Part shown: positions 39,993-50,669 of the stretch, in pieces
Position numbering within the stretch: the first letter of the stretch is position 1
Layout: every line of letters begins with the position of its first letter
From: Gemmatimonadales bacterium
GTDB lineage: Bacteria; Gemmatimonadota; Gemmatimonadetes; Gemmatimonadales; GWC2-71-9
Direction: 5' to 3'
Assembly (NCBI GenBank): GCA_965249575.1
Contig: OZ252244.1
Span: 3,552,001 to 3,616,000 of the forward strand
Length of the DNA: 64,000 nucleotides
Translations under genes and position numbers: made by a program
The notes under the pieces: generated by a model
The model's database searches: none
What the model saw: only the letters and a program-made list of their open reading frames with translations
Told to the model about the DNA's origin: nothing

Positions 39993-40835
39993 GTGGCCCT
40001 GGTGTCGGAACGGTTCGCTTCGCGTCGCGATACACTGGCCTTTGTGTTGTGCTTAGCATTGGCGGTGGTCGCGAGGATGGCGCCCCCGGCGTGGGGCGAA
40101 GCCCTCGCGTCGGGAATTCGTGGGACCCTGCTCGCCCCGCTCCTCGCGCTTGAACGCCAGGCAGAGTTGACCAGGACGGCCCGGGCGCGATTTGCCGCCG
40201 TCGTGGCACAGCGTGATTCCGCCGTGCTTTTAGGGGGCCGGATCGACGCGTTGGAGGCGGAGAATCGACAGCTACGGGACGTGATCGGACTGTCGAAGCG
40301 CCTCCCGGTCCGGCACATACCGGCGGAGGTGTTGCACCAGTCTTTCCCCACAGACGGCTACAGCCTGGTGTTGTCGGCGGGCCGATCCGACGGTGTGGCG
40401 GTCATGGCGCCGGTGCTCGCCCCCGAGGGTCTTCTGGGCGTGGTTTCGCGCGTCGAGCGGCGGACATCCGTGGTGGTGGCGTGGTCTCACCCTGACTTTC
40501 GCGCGAGCGCGATGACAGCGGATGGAAGCGCCTTTGGAATCGTTGCGCCCGTCGGCAGTGATGGTCCGAATCGAATGCTGCTCGCGTTACAGGGCGTGCC
40601 CTACGGTGACCGCGTCGGCACGGGATCGCTTGTCTACACCTCGGGTCTCGGTGGGGTGTACCCCCGAGGAGTCCCGATCGGACGTGTTCTGGCCGTCGGT
40701 GAAGAGGAAGTGGGCTGGTCACGTACCTATCTCGTGCAGCCCGCCGTGCACCCGGCCTCGGTATCGCACGCGATGGTGCTGACCATGGGCGTCCGCGAAG
40801 ACTTGCGGCCGTCGTTTGAGAACTCGGTGCCGTGA
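39993..40835 (+). CDS. mreC: Rod shape-determining protein MreC (start uncertain)
   Basis: TM helix, coiled coil LEAENRQLR, TSGLGGVYPRGVPIG; synteny. Confidence 0.9.
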   Translation: MALVSERFASRRDTLAFVLCLALAVVARMAPPAWGEALASGIRGTLLAPLLALERQAELTRTARARFAAVVAQRDSAVLLGGRIDALEAENRQLRDVIGLSKRLPVRHIPAEVLHQSFPTDGYSLVLSAGRSDGVAVMAPVLAPEGLLGVVSRVERRTSVVVAWSHPDFRASAMTADGSAFGIVAPVGSDGPNRMLLALQGVPYGDRVGTGSLVYTSGLGGVYPRGVPIGRVLAVGEEEVGWSRTYLVQPAVHPASVSHAMVLTMGVREDLRPSFENSVP

Positions 40836-41329
40836 CGCGACGCCCGGCGCAGTATCGACTGGCGTTTGTGCTCCTGTTGTTGGTCGTACTGCACTTCGCC
40901 CTGCGCCCATGGTTGGGTGATCCCCGGCCCGCGCCCGATTTCCTGCTGCTCGCGCTCCTGGTCTTCGCGATCCGGTCTACGCCGGGCCGGGCCGCCATCG
41001 CCGGATTCTGCGTCGGTCTGGTTGGGGACGCGCTCACGCCGGTCGCCTTCGGATCGGGCGCCCTTGCGCACACGGTGGTGGGATACCTGGCTGCATGGGG
41101 CAAGGCGGTGTTTTTTGCCGACCATCTTCTCGTCAGCGCTGGCTTCTTTTCCGTGGGCACGTGGCTCCGTGACCTGCTCGTCCTGCTCTCCGGAGGGCAT
41201 GTTGGCGGATCCGCCCTGGTGTGGCAACTTGGATTGTGGTCGCCGCTCAAGGCGGTCACCACGGCCGTGGTGGGGTTGGCGGTGCTGACCGTGTTTAGGA
41301 GATGGTTGGAAGTGAGGATTACCGAATGA
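40832..41329 (+). CDS. mreD: Rod shape-determining protein MreD
   Basis: Hydrophobic 165 aa with PDFLLL; position between mreC and mrdA. Confidence 0.85.
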   Translation: MTRRPAQYRLAFVLLLLVVLHFALRPWLGDPRPAPDFLLLALLVFAIRSTPGRAAIAGFCVGLVGDALTPVAFGSGALAHTVVGYLAAWGKAVFFADHLLVSAGFFSVGTWLRDLLVLLSGGHVGGSALVWQLGLWSPLKAVTTAVVGLAVLTVFRRWLEVRITE

Positions 41330-43212
41330 CTTGGTACCACCCGCACGCCGTGGCGCGCCGAGCGACGCAAGCCCGTATCGTCGTGTGGTCGGTGTTTGCG
41401 GTTCTGCTCCTCGCGTTCTTCCGAATCCAGGTGCTGAGCTCCAGCCGGTATCGGGTGCAGTCGGAGGAGAACCGGCTGCGCCCGATCCCAATCCCGGCGG
41501 CTCGCGGCGAAATCACTGACCGCTACGGCGTCGTGCTCGCCGAGAACGTTCCCGGATACTCGATCGCTCTACTCGCTTCGTCGGCCGATTCGCTCCGCGC
41601 CACGTTGGAGCGAATCGCCCCCATAGCCTCGATCGATTCCGCCCGGATAACGAGTGCGGTCGCGCGGTTCCGCCGCCGGCCGACAGAGCCGGTCGTCATC
41701 CTCCGCGATGCGTCGTTCGCGGTGGTCTCCGCCCTGGAGGAACGGCGCATCGCGCTGCCAGGGCTGGTTGTGCAGACCGAGCCGAAACGACGGTATCCGT
41801 TTGCCGATACGGCGGCACATCTCATTGGCTACGTGGCCGAGGTGACCGAGGAGGAGCTGAGGAGTGCGCGGTTTGGGGGGGTGCGTTCGGGGACGCTCGT
41901 GGGGCAGGACGGGCTCGAACGTACGTACGACGAGGAGTTACGGGGGAAGGACGGCGTCCGTTTCGTCGAGGTCGACGCGCTCGGGAGGACGGTGCGTGAC
42001 GTGGGGGTTGGGTCGAGTCTCCCGCCGCGACAGGGAAATACGATCCGGACGTCGACAGATATCGAGCTGCAGCGCTACGTCGCCGAACAATTCCCCACGG
42101 ACAAACGGGGCGCGGTCGTCGTCCTGAACCCAATGACCGGTGAGATTCTCGCGATGTACTCGGCGCCGAGTTTCGATCCGAACGCGTTCATCGGCGGCAT
42201 CGACGAAGATCTGTGGAGCACGTTATCGCGTTCACCGACCCATCCAATGATCAATCGGGCGGTTCAAGGGCTCTATCCCCCCGCGTCACCCTGGAAACTC
42301 GCGGTGGCCGTCATTGGGCTCCAGCGCGGACTGGTCGATTTGGACGCCCGCATGCCGATCCCTTGTCGTGGCGGTCTCCAGTATTTCAGCCGGTTCTTCC
42401 GCTGCTGGAGGGTCGAAGGACACGGTGACGTAACGCTTGCGGAAGCGATCCAGCACTCGTGCGACGTCTACTTCTACCAGCTGGGCCTCAAGATCGGGCT
42501 CCGAAACCTCCTCCGGGGCGCACAGGGGCTCGGGTTTCGGGAGGCATCGGGTCTGGACGTGCCCAACGAGGCGACACCGGTGTTCCCCGCGTCAACGGAG
42601 TACTACAACCGGCGGTATGGCCCCCGAGGGTGGACCAGCGCCGTGACGCTCAACCTGGCTATTGGTCAGGGGGAGAATGCCCAGACACCGGTGAGCATGC
42701 TGCGATTCTACGCGATGCTGGCCACCCGTTCTGGGGTGGCGCCGACTCCCACCCTCATCCCGGGCCGTGCTTCGTCCGAGCACCGGCCGTCGCTCGGCCT
42801 GTCCGAAACGGACCGGGCCGGGCTGCGGGCCGCCCTGCTCGCGGTGGTCGAAAGCGGTACCGCGGCGGGCGCTCGTATCAAGGATCTCCGCATCGCGGGG
42901 AAAACAGGAACAGCCCAGAACGCCCACGGTCTCGATCACGGTTGGTTCATCGGGTTCGCTCCCGCAGACAACCCTCGGGTCATCGCGGGAGCGGTTGTCG
43001 AGTTCGCGGAACACGGGGCCGGCGTGGCCCCGATGGTCACTCGGATTCTCGCGCGGTATTTGTTGGGTCCCGATGCGGGTAACGGACTACCCGACGACTA
43101 TCGGTTAGTGGTGCCCGAGGACAGCGCCCCGGGGCCGGTACAGATTCTCCCCGATACGGCTGGACTGGAGCGAATTGCGGGGGTGGATGGCTCGGGACAG
43201 CGGCGTCGATAA
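41326..43212 (+). CDS. mrdA: Penicillin-binding protein 2
   Basis: RGEITDR, YPPASPWK (SxxK), SCD, KTGTAQ. Confidence 0.93.
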   Translation: MTWYHPHAVARRATQARIVVWSVFAVLLLAFFRIQVLSSSRYRVQSEENRLRPIPIPAARGEITDRYGVVLAENVPGYSIALLASSADSLRATLERIAPIASIDSARITSAVARFRRRPTEPVVILRDASFAVVSALEERRIALPGLVVQTEPKRRYPFADTAAHLIGYVAEVTEEELRSARFGGVRSGTLVGQDGLERTYDEELRGKDGVRFVEVDALGRTVRDVGVGSSLPPRQGNTIRTSTDIELQRYVAEQFPTDKRGAVVVLNPMTGEILAMYSAPSFDPNAFIGGIDEDLWSTLSRSPTHPMINRAVQGLYPPASPWKLAVAVIGLQRGLVDLDARMPIPCRGGLQYFSRFFRCWRVEGHGDVTLAEAIQHSCDVYFYQLGLKIGLRNLLRGAQGLGFREASGLDVPNEATPVFPASTEYYNRRYGPRGWTSAVTLNLAIGQGENAQTPVSMLRFYAMLATRSGVAPTPTLIPGRASSEHRPSLGLSETDRAGLRAALLAVVESGTAAGARIKDLRIAGKTGTAQNAHGLDHGWFIGFAPADNPRVIAGAVVEFAEHGAGVAPMVTRILARYLLGPDAGNGLPDDYRLVVPEDSAPGPVQILPDTAGLERIAGVDGSGQRRR

Positions 43213-44431
43213 AGCGCTGCTGCTCACAACAGCAGCGCTTGCGCTGCTCGGCCTCGCCACGCTGTACTCGGCTGGGCAGACCGATGTCCCAAGCGCGGCC
43301 GCCGGGGTGTGGGAGCGGCAGACCGCCTGGATCGTTCTCGGCGTCATCGGCGCCGCACTCATCTTTCGAGTGTCGCCCAGGGTTCTCGAGTGGGCGTCGC
43401 CGGCGGTCTACGTTGGCGCGCTGATCCTTCTCCTTATCACCCTGTTCGTAGGGACGGGGGCCGGTGCCGCTGCTGGCAGCCGCTCGTGGATCGCGATCGG
43501 CGGCGTTCGGCTGGGTCAGCCAGCGGAACTGGCGAAGCTCGCGGCGATTCTCATGTTGGCCCGCCATCTCGGGTTACGGCGTGAGCCGCCGGGTACTTTG
43601 CGCGAGCTGCTTCCCTCCTGCGCGATCGTGGCAATACCGTTCGTACTGGTTGGACTCCAGCCCGACCTTGGAAGTGCCCTCGTGTTCGTGGGGATCTTGT
43701 TCGCGGTGCTGTTTTGGGCCGGTGTGAGCCCATGGCTCCTCCTGTTGCTTGCGTCGCCAATGCTCAGTCTACTGCTTGCCTTCTCGACCGCGTTCTGGGG
43801 CGTGTGGATCGTCGCGCTCACGGTCCTGCTCCTGTGGCTCCGACCGTACGCGTTCGAGGGCCTCGCGGTGTGGCTCGCGAACGTCATGATGGGGGTTATC
43901 GCGCTGGAGCTGTGGCAGCGGCTCGCTCCGTATCAGCAGAACCGTATCCTGTCATTTCTGAATCCCGAGGTCGATCCTCGCGCCACCGGGTGGCACATTA
44001 TCCAATCCAAAGTAGCGATCGGTTCGGGTGGCCTGTTTGGGAACGGCTTCATGGAAGGCACACAAAAACGGCTGGCCTTCCTGCCGGCACAGCACACGGA
44101 TTTCATCTTTTCGGTCGTTGGGGAGGAGATGGGGTTTGTGGGCGTCATCGTCGCCCTGGCCGTCTTGGTCGGGCTGGTGTTGGTGCTCATTGGGACCGCG
44201 CGAAGGGCGACCGAGCCGTTCTCGTGCGTTCTCGTGGCTGGCTTCGCCGGAATGCTACTGACTCATATCCTCGAGAATGTCGGCATGACGGTCGGACTGA
44301 TGCCCATCACGGGGATCCCGCTCCCCTTTTTCTCGTATGGGGGATCGTTTCTGCTGACGTGTTTTCTCGCGGTTGGGATTTCACTACGGGTTTCTCGAGA
44401 CTCACGACTAGGTGGCTATGCCTTTGTCTAA
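43187..44431 (+). CDS. rodA: Rod shape-determining protein RodA
   Basis: QPAELAK, QPDLG, HTDFIFSVVGEE, TGIPLPFFSYGGS. Confidence 0.94.
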   Translation: MARDSGVDKALLLTTAALALLGLATLYSAGQTDVPSAAAGVWERQTAWIVLGVIGAALIFRVSPRVLEWASPAVYVGALILLLITLFVGTGAGAAAGSRSWIAIGGVRLGQPAELAKLAAILMLARHLGLRREPPGTLRELLPSCAIVAIPFVLVGLQPDLGSALVFVGILFAVLFWAGVSPWLLLLLASPMLSLLLAFSTAFWGVWIVALTVLLLWLRPYAFEGLAVWLANVMMGVIALELWQRLAPYQQNRILSFLNPEVDPRATGWHIIQSKVAIGSGGLFGNGFMEGTQKRLAFLPAQHTDFIFSVVGEEMGFVGVIVALAVLVGLVLVLIGTARRATEPFSCVLVAGFAGMLLTHILENVGMTVGLMPITGIPLPFFSYGGSFLLTCFLAVGISLRVSRDSRLGGYAFV

Positions 44432-44493
44432 CAACGGGTTATGGGCGAGCCACTGGCGTAGGACCCCTGGCCCGGGCAAATTCACTCCGCGAT

Positions 44494-45351
44494 ATGTCCT
44501 GGTTCCGGAAAGAACGAAAACGACGCTCCACAACGCGGGCCCGCCTTGAAATCCCGCGGGACGCGTGGGACAAGTGTGCGGAATGCGGGCATGTCGACAT
44601 TCAGGAGAAGTTCGAGCGGGAGCTCCAGGTGTGCCCGCATTGCGGGCATCATCGTCGCATCTCCGCCCACCGTTACATCGAGCTCTTGACCGACCCCGAC
44701 AGCTTCGAGGAGCTGTTCGCGGACATCCGGCCGGTCGATCCACTCCAATTCGATGGGTATCAAGAGCGCGCGCTCCGGGCTCAACGGCGGGTCGGGATGG
44801 CGGACGCCATCGTCACGGGGTCCGGGACGCTCACTGGGCTCCCCCTGAACATTGGGGCGATGGAGTTTGGGTTCATGGGTGGTTCCATGGGGTCCGTGGT
44901 CGGTGAGAAAATTGCGCGGCTGGCGCAGCGATCGCTCGAGGGCCACGTGCCGCTGGTGCTGGTGTCCTGCTCGGGTGGGGCTCGGATGCAGGAGGGGGTG
45001 CTGAGCCTCATGCAGATGGCCAAGACCTCCGCCCTCATCGCGCAGCTCCGCGAGGAACGCATCCCGTATATCTCGATCCTGACGAATCCAACGACGGGTG
45101 GTGTCTCAGCCTCTTACGCCATGCAGGGAGATGTGAACCTTGCAGAGCCCGGGGCGGTGATCGGGTTCGCCGGCCCGCGTGTGATCAAGCAAACGATCGG
45201 CCAAGATCTGCCCCGCGGGTTTCAAACCGCGGAGTTCCTGCTGGAGCACGGCATGATCGATGCCGTCGTACCGCGGGACGAGCTGGCCACCACCACGGCC
45301 AGGCTCGTCCGGCTGATGCAAGGCGCTCCCGCACCGGAGGTGCCTGGCTGA
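44494..45351 (+). CDS. accD: Acetyl-CoA carboxylase carboxyltransferase beta subunit
   Basis: Zn finger CAEC...CPHC, FMGGSMGSVVGE, SGGARMQEG, PTTGGVSAS, FQTAEFL. Confidence 0.96.
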   Translation: MSWFRKERKRRSTTRARLEIPRDAWDKCAECGHVDIQEKFERELQVCPHCGHHRRISAHRYIELLTDPDSFEELFADIRPVDPLQFDGYQERALRAQRRVGMADAIVTGSGTLTGLPLNIGAMEFGFMGGSMGSVVGEKIARLAQRSLEGHVPLVLVSCSGGARMQEGVLSLMQMAKTSALIAQLREERIPYISILTNPTTGGVSASYAMQGDVNLAEPGAVIGFAGPRVIKQTIGQDLPRGFQTAEFLLEHGMIDAVVPRDELATTTARLVRLMQGAPAPEVPG

Positions 45352-46553
45352 CGTTCAGCTTCGCGGACGCCACCGAGTTTCTCTTTTCGCGGAACGCGGG
45401 CGGTTCACACTGGTCCCTCGGTCCAACCGCGGCGCTGCTGGACCAACTGGGACACCCCGAACTGCGTTTTCCCTCGATTCACATCGGCGGTACCAATGGC
45501 AAGGGCTCGGTGTGTGCCCTGCTCTCGGCGGCTCTCCGCGCGAGCCGGATGCGCGTTGGCACCTACACGTCTCCGCACTTGGTCGACGTGCGTGAGCGCA
45601 TGATGGTGGACGAGCGACCGATCACCGAGCCCGCTTTCGCAGCCTGGACGACGGTTCTACGTGATGCCATCGTCGCTCACCAGGCCAGCTTCTTCGAGGC
45701 GACGACGGTGATTGCCCTGGCCGACTTCGCAGCGCGAGGCGTTGACGTTGCGGTCGTCGAGGTGGGGCTCGGGGGGCGCTTGGACAGCACGAACGTCCTG
45801 AGGCCCGTCGTCAGTGGGATCACACAAATCGATCTCGATCACACCGAGTATCTGGGTCAGTCGTTGCCCGCGGTGGCTCGGGAGAAGGCCGGAATCGCAA
45901 AGCGCGGCATTCCGTTCGTCGTGGGCGAGCCCTCGCGCGGTGTCGCGGAGGTGCTCGCCGAGGCGGGTCGAGAAGCTGGGGCGACCGTGCAAACGGTACC
46001 AGCCGACGCTATGTACTGCGGGGTGCTTGGGATGGTCGGAGACCATCAGCGCCGAAACGCCGCGGTGGCGGCAGCCATATTGCACGCACTGCCCGACGGG
46101 ATGCGGCCGTCCGCAGCCGCGATGGCGCACGGCTTTGCATCGGTACGCGTGGCGGGGCGATTTGACCGACGCGGCAAATGGATCTTCGACGTCGCGCACA
46201 ATCCCGGCGCGATGACGGCCCTCCTGCACACACTCGAATCGTGCCAGCCGAAGCGGCCCGTGCATGCCCTGGTCGGTGTGCTGAACGACAAACCGTGGGA
46301 CGTTCTCGTAAACGCGATCGTTTCCGCGGCCGAGCGCATTTGGCTCGTACAGCCACCCAGCGCCCCGCCGGATCGCCGATGGGACCTGAGCAGCGTCACG
46401 CGCCTCGCAGGGGAAAAGGCGGTCGTCGCGCCAGATTTCGACTCGGCGCTCCAGGACGTGCAGGTCGGTGCAGGCACGGTTCTCGTAACCGGGTCGTTTC
46501 ACACGGTTGGAGACGCGTTGGCCCGCTTGCCCGGGCTCGCTCCTCTCGGCTAA
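45348..46553 (+). CDS. folC: Bifunctional folylpolyglutamate/dihydrofolate synthase; probable CTG start
   Basis: The in-frame region upstream of the track start (45510) encodes the P-loop IHIGGTNGKGS; also YTSPHL, EVGLGGRLDSTN, DVAHNP, GSFHTVG. Confidence 0.92.
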   Translation: MTFSFADATEFLFSRNAGGSHWSLGPTAALLDQLGHPELRFPSIHIGGTNGKGSVCALLSAALRASRMRVGTYTSPHLVDVRERMMVDERPITEPAFAAWTTVLRDAIVAHQASFFEATTVIALADFAARGVDVAVVEVGLGGRLDSTNVLRPVVSGITQIDLDHTEYLGQSLPAVAREKAGIAKRGIPFVVGEPSRGVAEVLAEAGREAGATVQTVPADAMYCGVLGMVGDHQRRNAAVAAAILHALPDGMRPSAAAMAHGFASVRVAGRFDRRGKWIFDVAHNPGAMTALLHTLESCQPKRPVHALVGVLNDKPWDVLVNAIVSAAERIWLVQPPSAPPDRRWDLSSVTRLAGEKAVVAPDFDSALQDVQVGAGTVLVTGSFHTVGDALARLPGLAPLG

Positions 46554-46562
46554 ATTCACGAG

Positions 46563-47858
46563 ATGCACGCAAAAGCGCTTCCCGGCTTTCGCGATTTCTA
46601 CCCCGACGCCACCGCTGTCCGAAACCACATCTTCGCCGCTTGGCGGGGCGTGGCTCGCCGGTACGGGTTCGTGGAATACGACGGGCCTCCGCTTGAGCCA
46701 CTGGACCTCTATACGCGAAAGAGCGGTCCAGGAATCGTGGAGGAGCTCTATCACTTCGTGGACAAGGGCGATCGCGAGGTCGCCCTCCGGCCGGAGATGA
46801 CGCCCACGCTCGCGCGCATGGTGGCAGCGCGGGCACGAGGGCTCAAGAAGCCGATCCGGTGGTTTTCGATGCCGCAGCTGTTTCGGTACGAGCGGCAGCA
46901 GCGCGGTCGCTTGCGCGAGCATTTCCAGCTGAACATGGACCTGATCGGCGAAGCGGGGCCGTTGGCTGACGCCGAGGTGATCGCCGCCGCCCTGGACGTG
47001 CAGCGGGCATTGGGACTCGGCCCTGAAGACGTGCGGGTGCGCATGTCCGATCGGAGAGTCCTGCGGGTGCTCTTGGCTGACGCCGGCGTTCCGGACGAGG
47101 CGGTGCCGGCGGCGTTTGAGGCCATCGACAAGGTCGAGCGCGTTCCACCTGACACGCTGGCTAAGCAGCTGGGCGAGAAATGGCCTGGCGCGAGCGCCGC
47201 AGGTGTCGAGCGCGTGCTCGAGGTGGCGCGAGTGCGCGGTCGGGCCCAACTGGAGCGCTGTTTGGGTGAGGCGCGGGAAGGGACGGATAACGCCGCCGAG
47301 TTCCTGGAGTGCGTCGAGGCCCTGGATCACATGGGTCTTGGGGCGTTCGTCGAAATCGACCTCTCGATCGTTCGAGGGCTGGCCTATTATACCGGCATCG
47401 TATTCGAGTTGTTTGACGCCCAGAAGTCCCTGCGCGCCATCTGCGGCGGCGGGCGCTATGATGGGTTGCTGCACGCGCTCGGGGGAGTTGACCTGCCCGG
47501 TGTGGGATTCGGCATGGGGGACGTGGTGCTTGGCGAGTTGTTGCGTGAGCGAGGGCTGAGCCCGACCGCCGCCCCGGGCATCGACGCGTTTCTCGTCGCC
47601 GTCACCGGCGATGACTACCCCGCAGTGCTAGGACTGGCTCACACATTGCGGGACCGCGGCGTGAGCGTGGAGTTCGGTATGCGCGAGCAGGCCGTCGCGA
47701 AGCAACTCAAGATCGCGGGTGCGCGTCCAGCAAGGCGGGCTGTGGTGATCGGGCCGGAGGAGCGGGAGAGTGGGAAGGCAATCGTGCGCGACTTGCACAG
47801 CGGCGCCGAGGAACGAGTCACGCTTGGCTCGCTCGGAACCGAGTTCGCCTGGACGTAG
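46563..47858 (+). CDS. hisS: Histidine--tRNA ligase
   Basis: GFRDFYP, LRPEMTPT, RYERQQRGRLREH, VRGLAYYTG, GGGRYD. Confidence 0.96.
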   Translation: MHAKALPGFRDFYPDATAVRNHIFAAWRGVARRYGFVEYDGPPLEPLDLYTRKSGPGIVEELYHFVDKGDREVALRPEMTPTLARMVAARARGLKKPIRWFSMPQLFRYERQQRGRLREHFQLNMDLIGEAGPLADAEVIAAALDVQRALGLGPEDVRVRMSDRRVLRVLLADAGVPDEAVPAAFEAIDKVERVPPDTLAKQLGEKWPGASAAGVERVLEVARVRGRAQLERCLGEAREGTDNAAEFLECVEALDHMGLGAFVEIDLSIVRGLAYYTGIVFELFDAQKSLRAICGGGRYDGLLHALGGVDLPGVGFGMGDVVLGELLRERGLSPTAAPGIDAFLVAVTGDDYPAVLGLAHTLRDRGVSVEFGMREQAVAKQLKIAGARPARRAVVIGPEERESGKAIVRDLHSGAEERVTLGSLGTEFAWT

Positions 47859-47979
47859 GACGAGATAACATCGCGAATTGGTGGAAGGGAGCTCGGCCCC
47901 GTCTGGGGACACGGGCTTACGATGGAGGAGGCAACGCACTGTCGCGTGCTGGCCGTGCAGCCTTCACACCGGATGAACC

Positions 47980-49425
47980 ATGACTGACTCACAAGGGATA
48001 ACGCCGCGCGCGACGGACTTTGCGGCGTGGTACAATGACGTGGTACTCCGCGCGAAGCTCGCCGACTACTCGCCGGTTCGCGGGTGCATGGTCATTCGGC
48101 CGTTTGGCTATCGGATCTGGGAACTGACCCAAGGCGCGCTCGACAAGATGTTCAAGGACTCGGGGCATGAAAACGCCTACTTCCCGTTGTTGATACCGCA
48201 AAGTTTCCTCGAGAAGGAAGCGGATCACGTCGAGGGGTTTGCTCCGCAGACCGCGGTCGTGACTCACGGGGGAGGGAAGGAGCTGGAGGAGCCGCTCGTG
48301 CTTCGCCCGACGTCCGAGACCATCATTTACTCGATGCTCGGGAAGTGGATTCAGAGCTATCGCGACCTACCGGTGCTACTGAATCAGTGGGCAAACGTGA
48401 TCCGGTGGGAGATGCGCACGCGGCTGTTCCTCAGAACGACGGAGTTTCTATGGCAAGAAGGGCATACAGCGCACGCGTCGCATGACGAAGCCGAGGAAGA
48501 AACACTCAAGATCCTCGGCATCTATCGGCGGTTCATGGAAGACTGGATGGCGCTGCCCGTGCTCACGGGACTCAAGACCGAGCGAGAGAAATTCGCCGGA
48601 GCGCTACGAACGTATGCACTGGAAGCGTTGGCGCAGGACAACAAGGCACTCCAGGCCGGCACCTCGCACAACCTCGGCCAAAACTTCGCCAAGGCATTCG
48701 ACGTTCGGTATCAGAGCCAGGAGGGCGGCCTCGAGTACGTGTGGAATACGTCCTGGGGAGTCTCTACCCGCCTCATCGGTGCGATGGTGATGGCGCACGG
48801 CGACGACATTGGCTTGGTGTGCCCACCGCGCGTAGCGCCGATTCAAGTGGTCGTGGTCCCGATATGGAAAACGGACACGGAGCGTCAGGCTGTCCTGCAA
48901 ACCGCGGCGGGAGTCGTGGAGGTGTTGCGGGAGGGAGACGTCCGCGTCAAGCTCGATGACCGCGACGCGCTCAAGCCGGGCGCCAAATACTACGAGTGGG
49001 AAAACCGCGGGGTGCCGGTTCGACTGGAGATTGGGCCTCGGGACGTGTCCAAGGGACAAGTGGTTCTGGTCAGGCGAACCGGAGGAAAACTCCCGGTCTC
49101 GATCGGTGAGCTCTCGACGAACGTGCGGGCCGCACTGGACACGGTTCACAGTACCCTGCTGGAGGCCGCCCACGCCAGGCGCGAGCACAACTCGCGGCGT
49201 GGCGTGACGAAGGAGGAACTCATCGAAATGATGAACGATGGTGGGGGCTTTGCGTACGGGGGCTTCTGTAGGGCCGATTCGTGCGAGGATGAAGTCAAAG
49301 AGCTGACGAAGGCTTCAATACGCCTCCTTCCGGATGCGGAGTTTCGCACCACCCCAGCTCCGGAGCAATGTGCCTGGTGCGGCGAGCCATCCGTGGTTGA
49401 AGCCGTGTGGGCCCGAGCGTATTGA
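47980..49425 (+). CDS. proS: Proline--tRNA ligase (archaeal/eukaryotic-like type, no INS domain)
   Basis: LRPTSET, QWANVIRWEMRTRLFLRTTEFLWQEGHT, QAGTSHNLGQNFAKAF, C-terminal ARAY. Confidence 0.96.
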   Translation: MTDSQGITPRATDFAAWYNDVVLRAKLADYSPVRGCMVIRPFGYRIWELTQGALDKMFKDSGHENAYFPLLIPQSFLEKEADHVEGFAPQTAVVTHGGGKELEEPLVLRPTSETIIYSMLGKWIQSYRDLPVLLNQWANVIRWEMRTRLFLRTTEFLWQEGHTAHASHDEAEEETLKILGIYRRFMEDWMALPVLTGLKTEREKFAGALRTYALEALAQDNKALQAGTSHNLGQNFAKAFDVRYQSQEGGLEYVWNTSWGVSTRLIGAMVMAHGDDIGLVCPPRVAPIQVVVVPIWKTDTERQAVLQTAAGVVEVLREGDVRVKLDDRDALKPGAKYYEWENRGVPVRLEIGPRDVSKGQVVLVRRTGGKLPVSIGELSTNVRAALDTVHSTLLEAAHARREHNSRRGVTKEELIEMMNDGGGFAYGGFCRADSCEDEVKELTKASIRLLPDAEFRTTPAPEQCAWCGEPSVVEAVWARAY

Positions 49426-50666
49426 GCGCACGTGCCGCTGTGTTGGCCCGGATCGCCACCAGGGTCGGCACTCCCACCTACGTCTACGACATCCAGGCGA
49501 TTCGGTCCCAGTTCCAATCCCTGCACCACGCGCTTGCGGGCCTTCCCCACCGCATCTGCTACTCCTTGAAGGCAAACAGCAACCTCGGGCTGCTCTCCTT
49601 CGTGCGATCACTGGGCGCGGGAGCTGATATCGTATCCGGGGGTGAGCTGGCACGCGCGCTCCGAGCCGGCTTCGACGCGGCCGATCTCGTATTCAGTGGG
49701 GTTGGCAAGACCGCCGTGGAGCTAGATGACGCCATTCGGGTGGGCGTGGGGCTCATTAACGTAGAGTCGCCCCGCGAGATGGGGTTGATCTCCGAGAGGG
49801 CGCGAGCTACGGGCAGTACGGCACGCATCGGCATTCGGATCAACCCCGATGTGACGACTGACACGCATCCGTACACCCAGACCGGCGAGCGCGGTGTCAA
49901 GTTCGGCGTGCCCCTCGATGAGGTGCCGGAGTTGGCGGTTCGCGCCTTCGAGAATCACGACCTGGCGCTCTCGAGCGTGGGCATGCACTTGGGATCGCAG
50001 ATCCACGATGCGCAGCCGTTCGCGGAGGGTGCTGAGAAGCTCGAGCACCTCGTGACGGAACTTCGCGCGGCGGGCATCGATTCCCTCCACAGCGTCGACG
50101 TTGGAGGGGGGCTCGGCGTCGCCTACGGGTCCGAATCCCCGCTTGATCTCAACACGTTTACGGCCGCCGTTACACCGCTCGTCGAACGGACCCGACTGCG
50201 CCTGCTGCTGGAGCCGGGACGGTTTCTCGTGGCCAACGCGGGGCAGTTGCTGACCCGATGCCTGTATCGCAAGAGGTCCGGAGGGCGCGACATTGCTGTG
50301 GTAGACGCCGGTATGAACGATTTTCTGCGTCCCAGCCTCTACAGCGCGATCCACGAGATCGAAGTGGTCGAAGCCGCCAGGCACACGGAGTCCGCGGGCG
50401 CAGCGACGGTCGACGTGGTTGGGCCCGTATGCGAGACCGGCGACGCGTTCGGTACCGACCGCGAGCTACGCGGGGTGGGCCCCGGAGCGCTCCTGTCGAT
50501 CTCGGGTGCTGGTGCCTACGGGTTCACGATGAGCTCCCAGTACAACTCCCGGCCCCGGGCGGCCGAAGTGCTGCTGGACGGCGAGCGCTTCGCCACCGGC
50601 CGGACGCGGGAGACGATCGAGGATCTCATGTTGGGTGAGAGCGCGACCCCAGAATGGACATCTTAG
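49422..50666 (+). CDS. lysA: Diaminopimelate decarboxylase
   Basis: YSLKAN, HLGSQI, EPGR, GPVCETGD, MSSQYNSRPR; TTGA overlap with proS. Confidence 0.94.
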   Translation: MSARAAVLARIATRVGTPTYVYDIQAIRSQFQSLHHALAGLPHRICYSLKANSNLGLLSFVRSLGAGADIVSGGELARALRAGFDAADLVFSGVGKTAVELDDAIRVGVGLINVESPREMGLISERARATGSTARIGIRINPDVTTDTHPYTQTGERGVKFGVPLDEVPELAVRAFENHDLALSSVGMHLGSQIHDAQPFAEGAEKLEHLVTELRAAGIDSLHSVDVGGGLGVAYGSESPLDLNTFTAAVTPLVERTRLRLLLEPGRFLVANAGQLLTRCLYRKRSGGRDIAVVDAGMNDFLRPSLYSAIHEIEVVEAARHTESAGAATVDVVGPVCETGDAFGTDRELRGVGPGALLSISGAGAYGFTMSSQYNSRPRAAEVLLDGERFATGRTRETIEDLMLGESATPEWTS

Positions 50667-50669
50667 CGA

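Noticed and set aside
45657..47474. 605-aa minus-strand ORF
   Set aside because: Antisense to folC and hisS.
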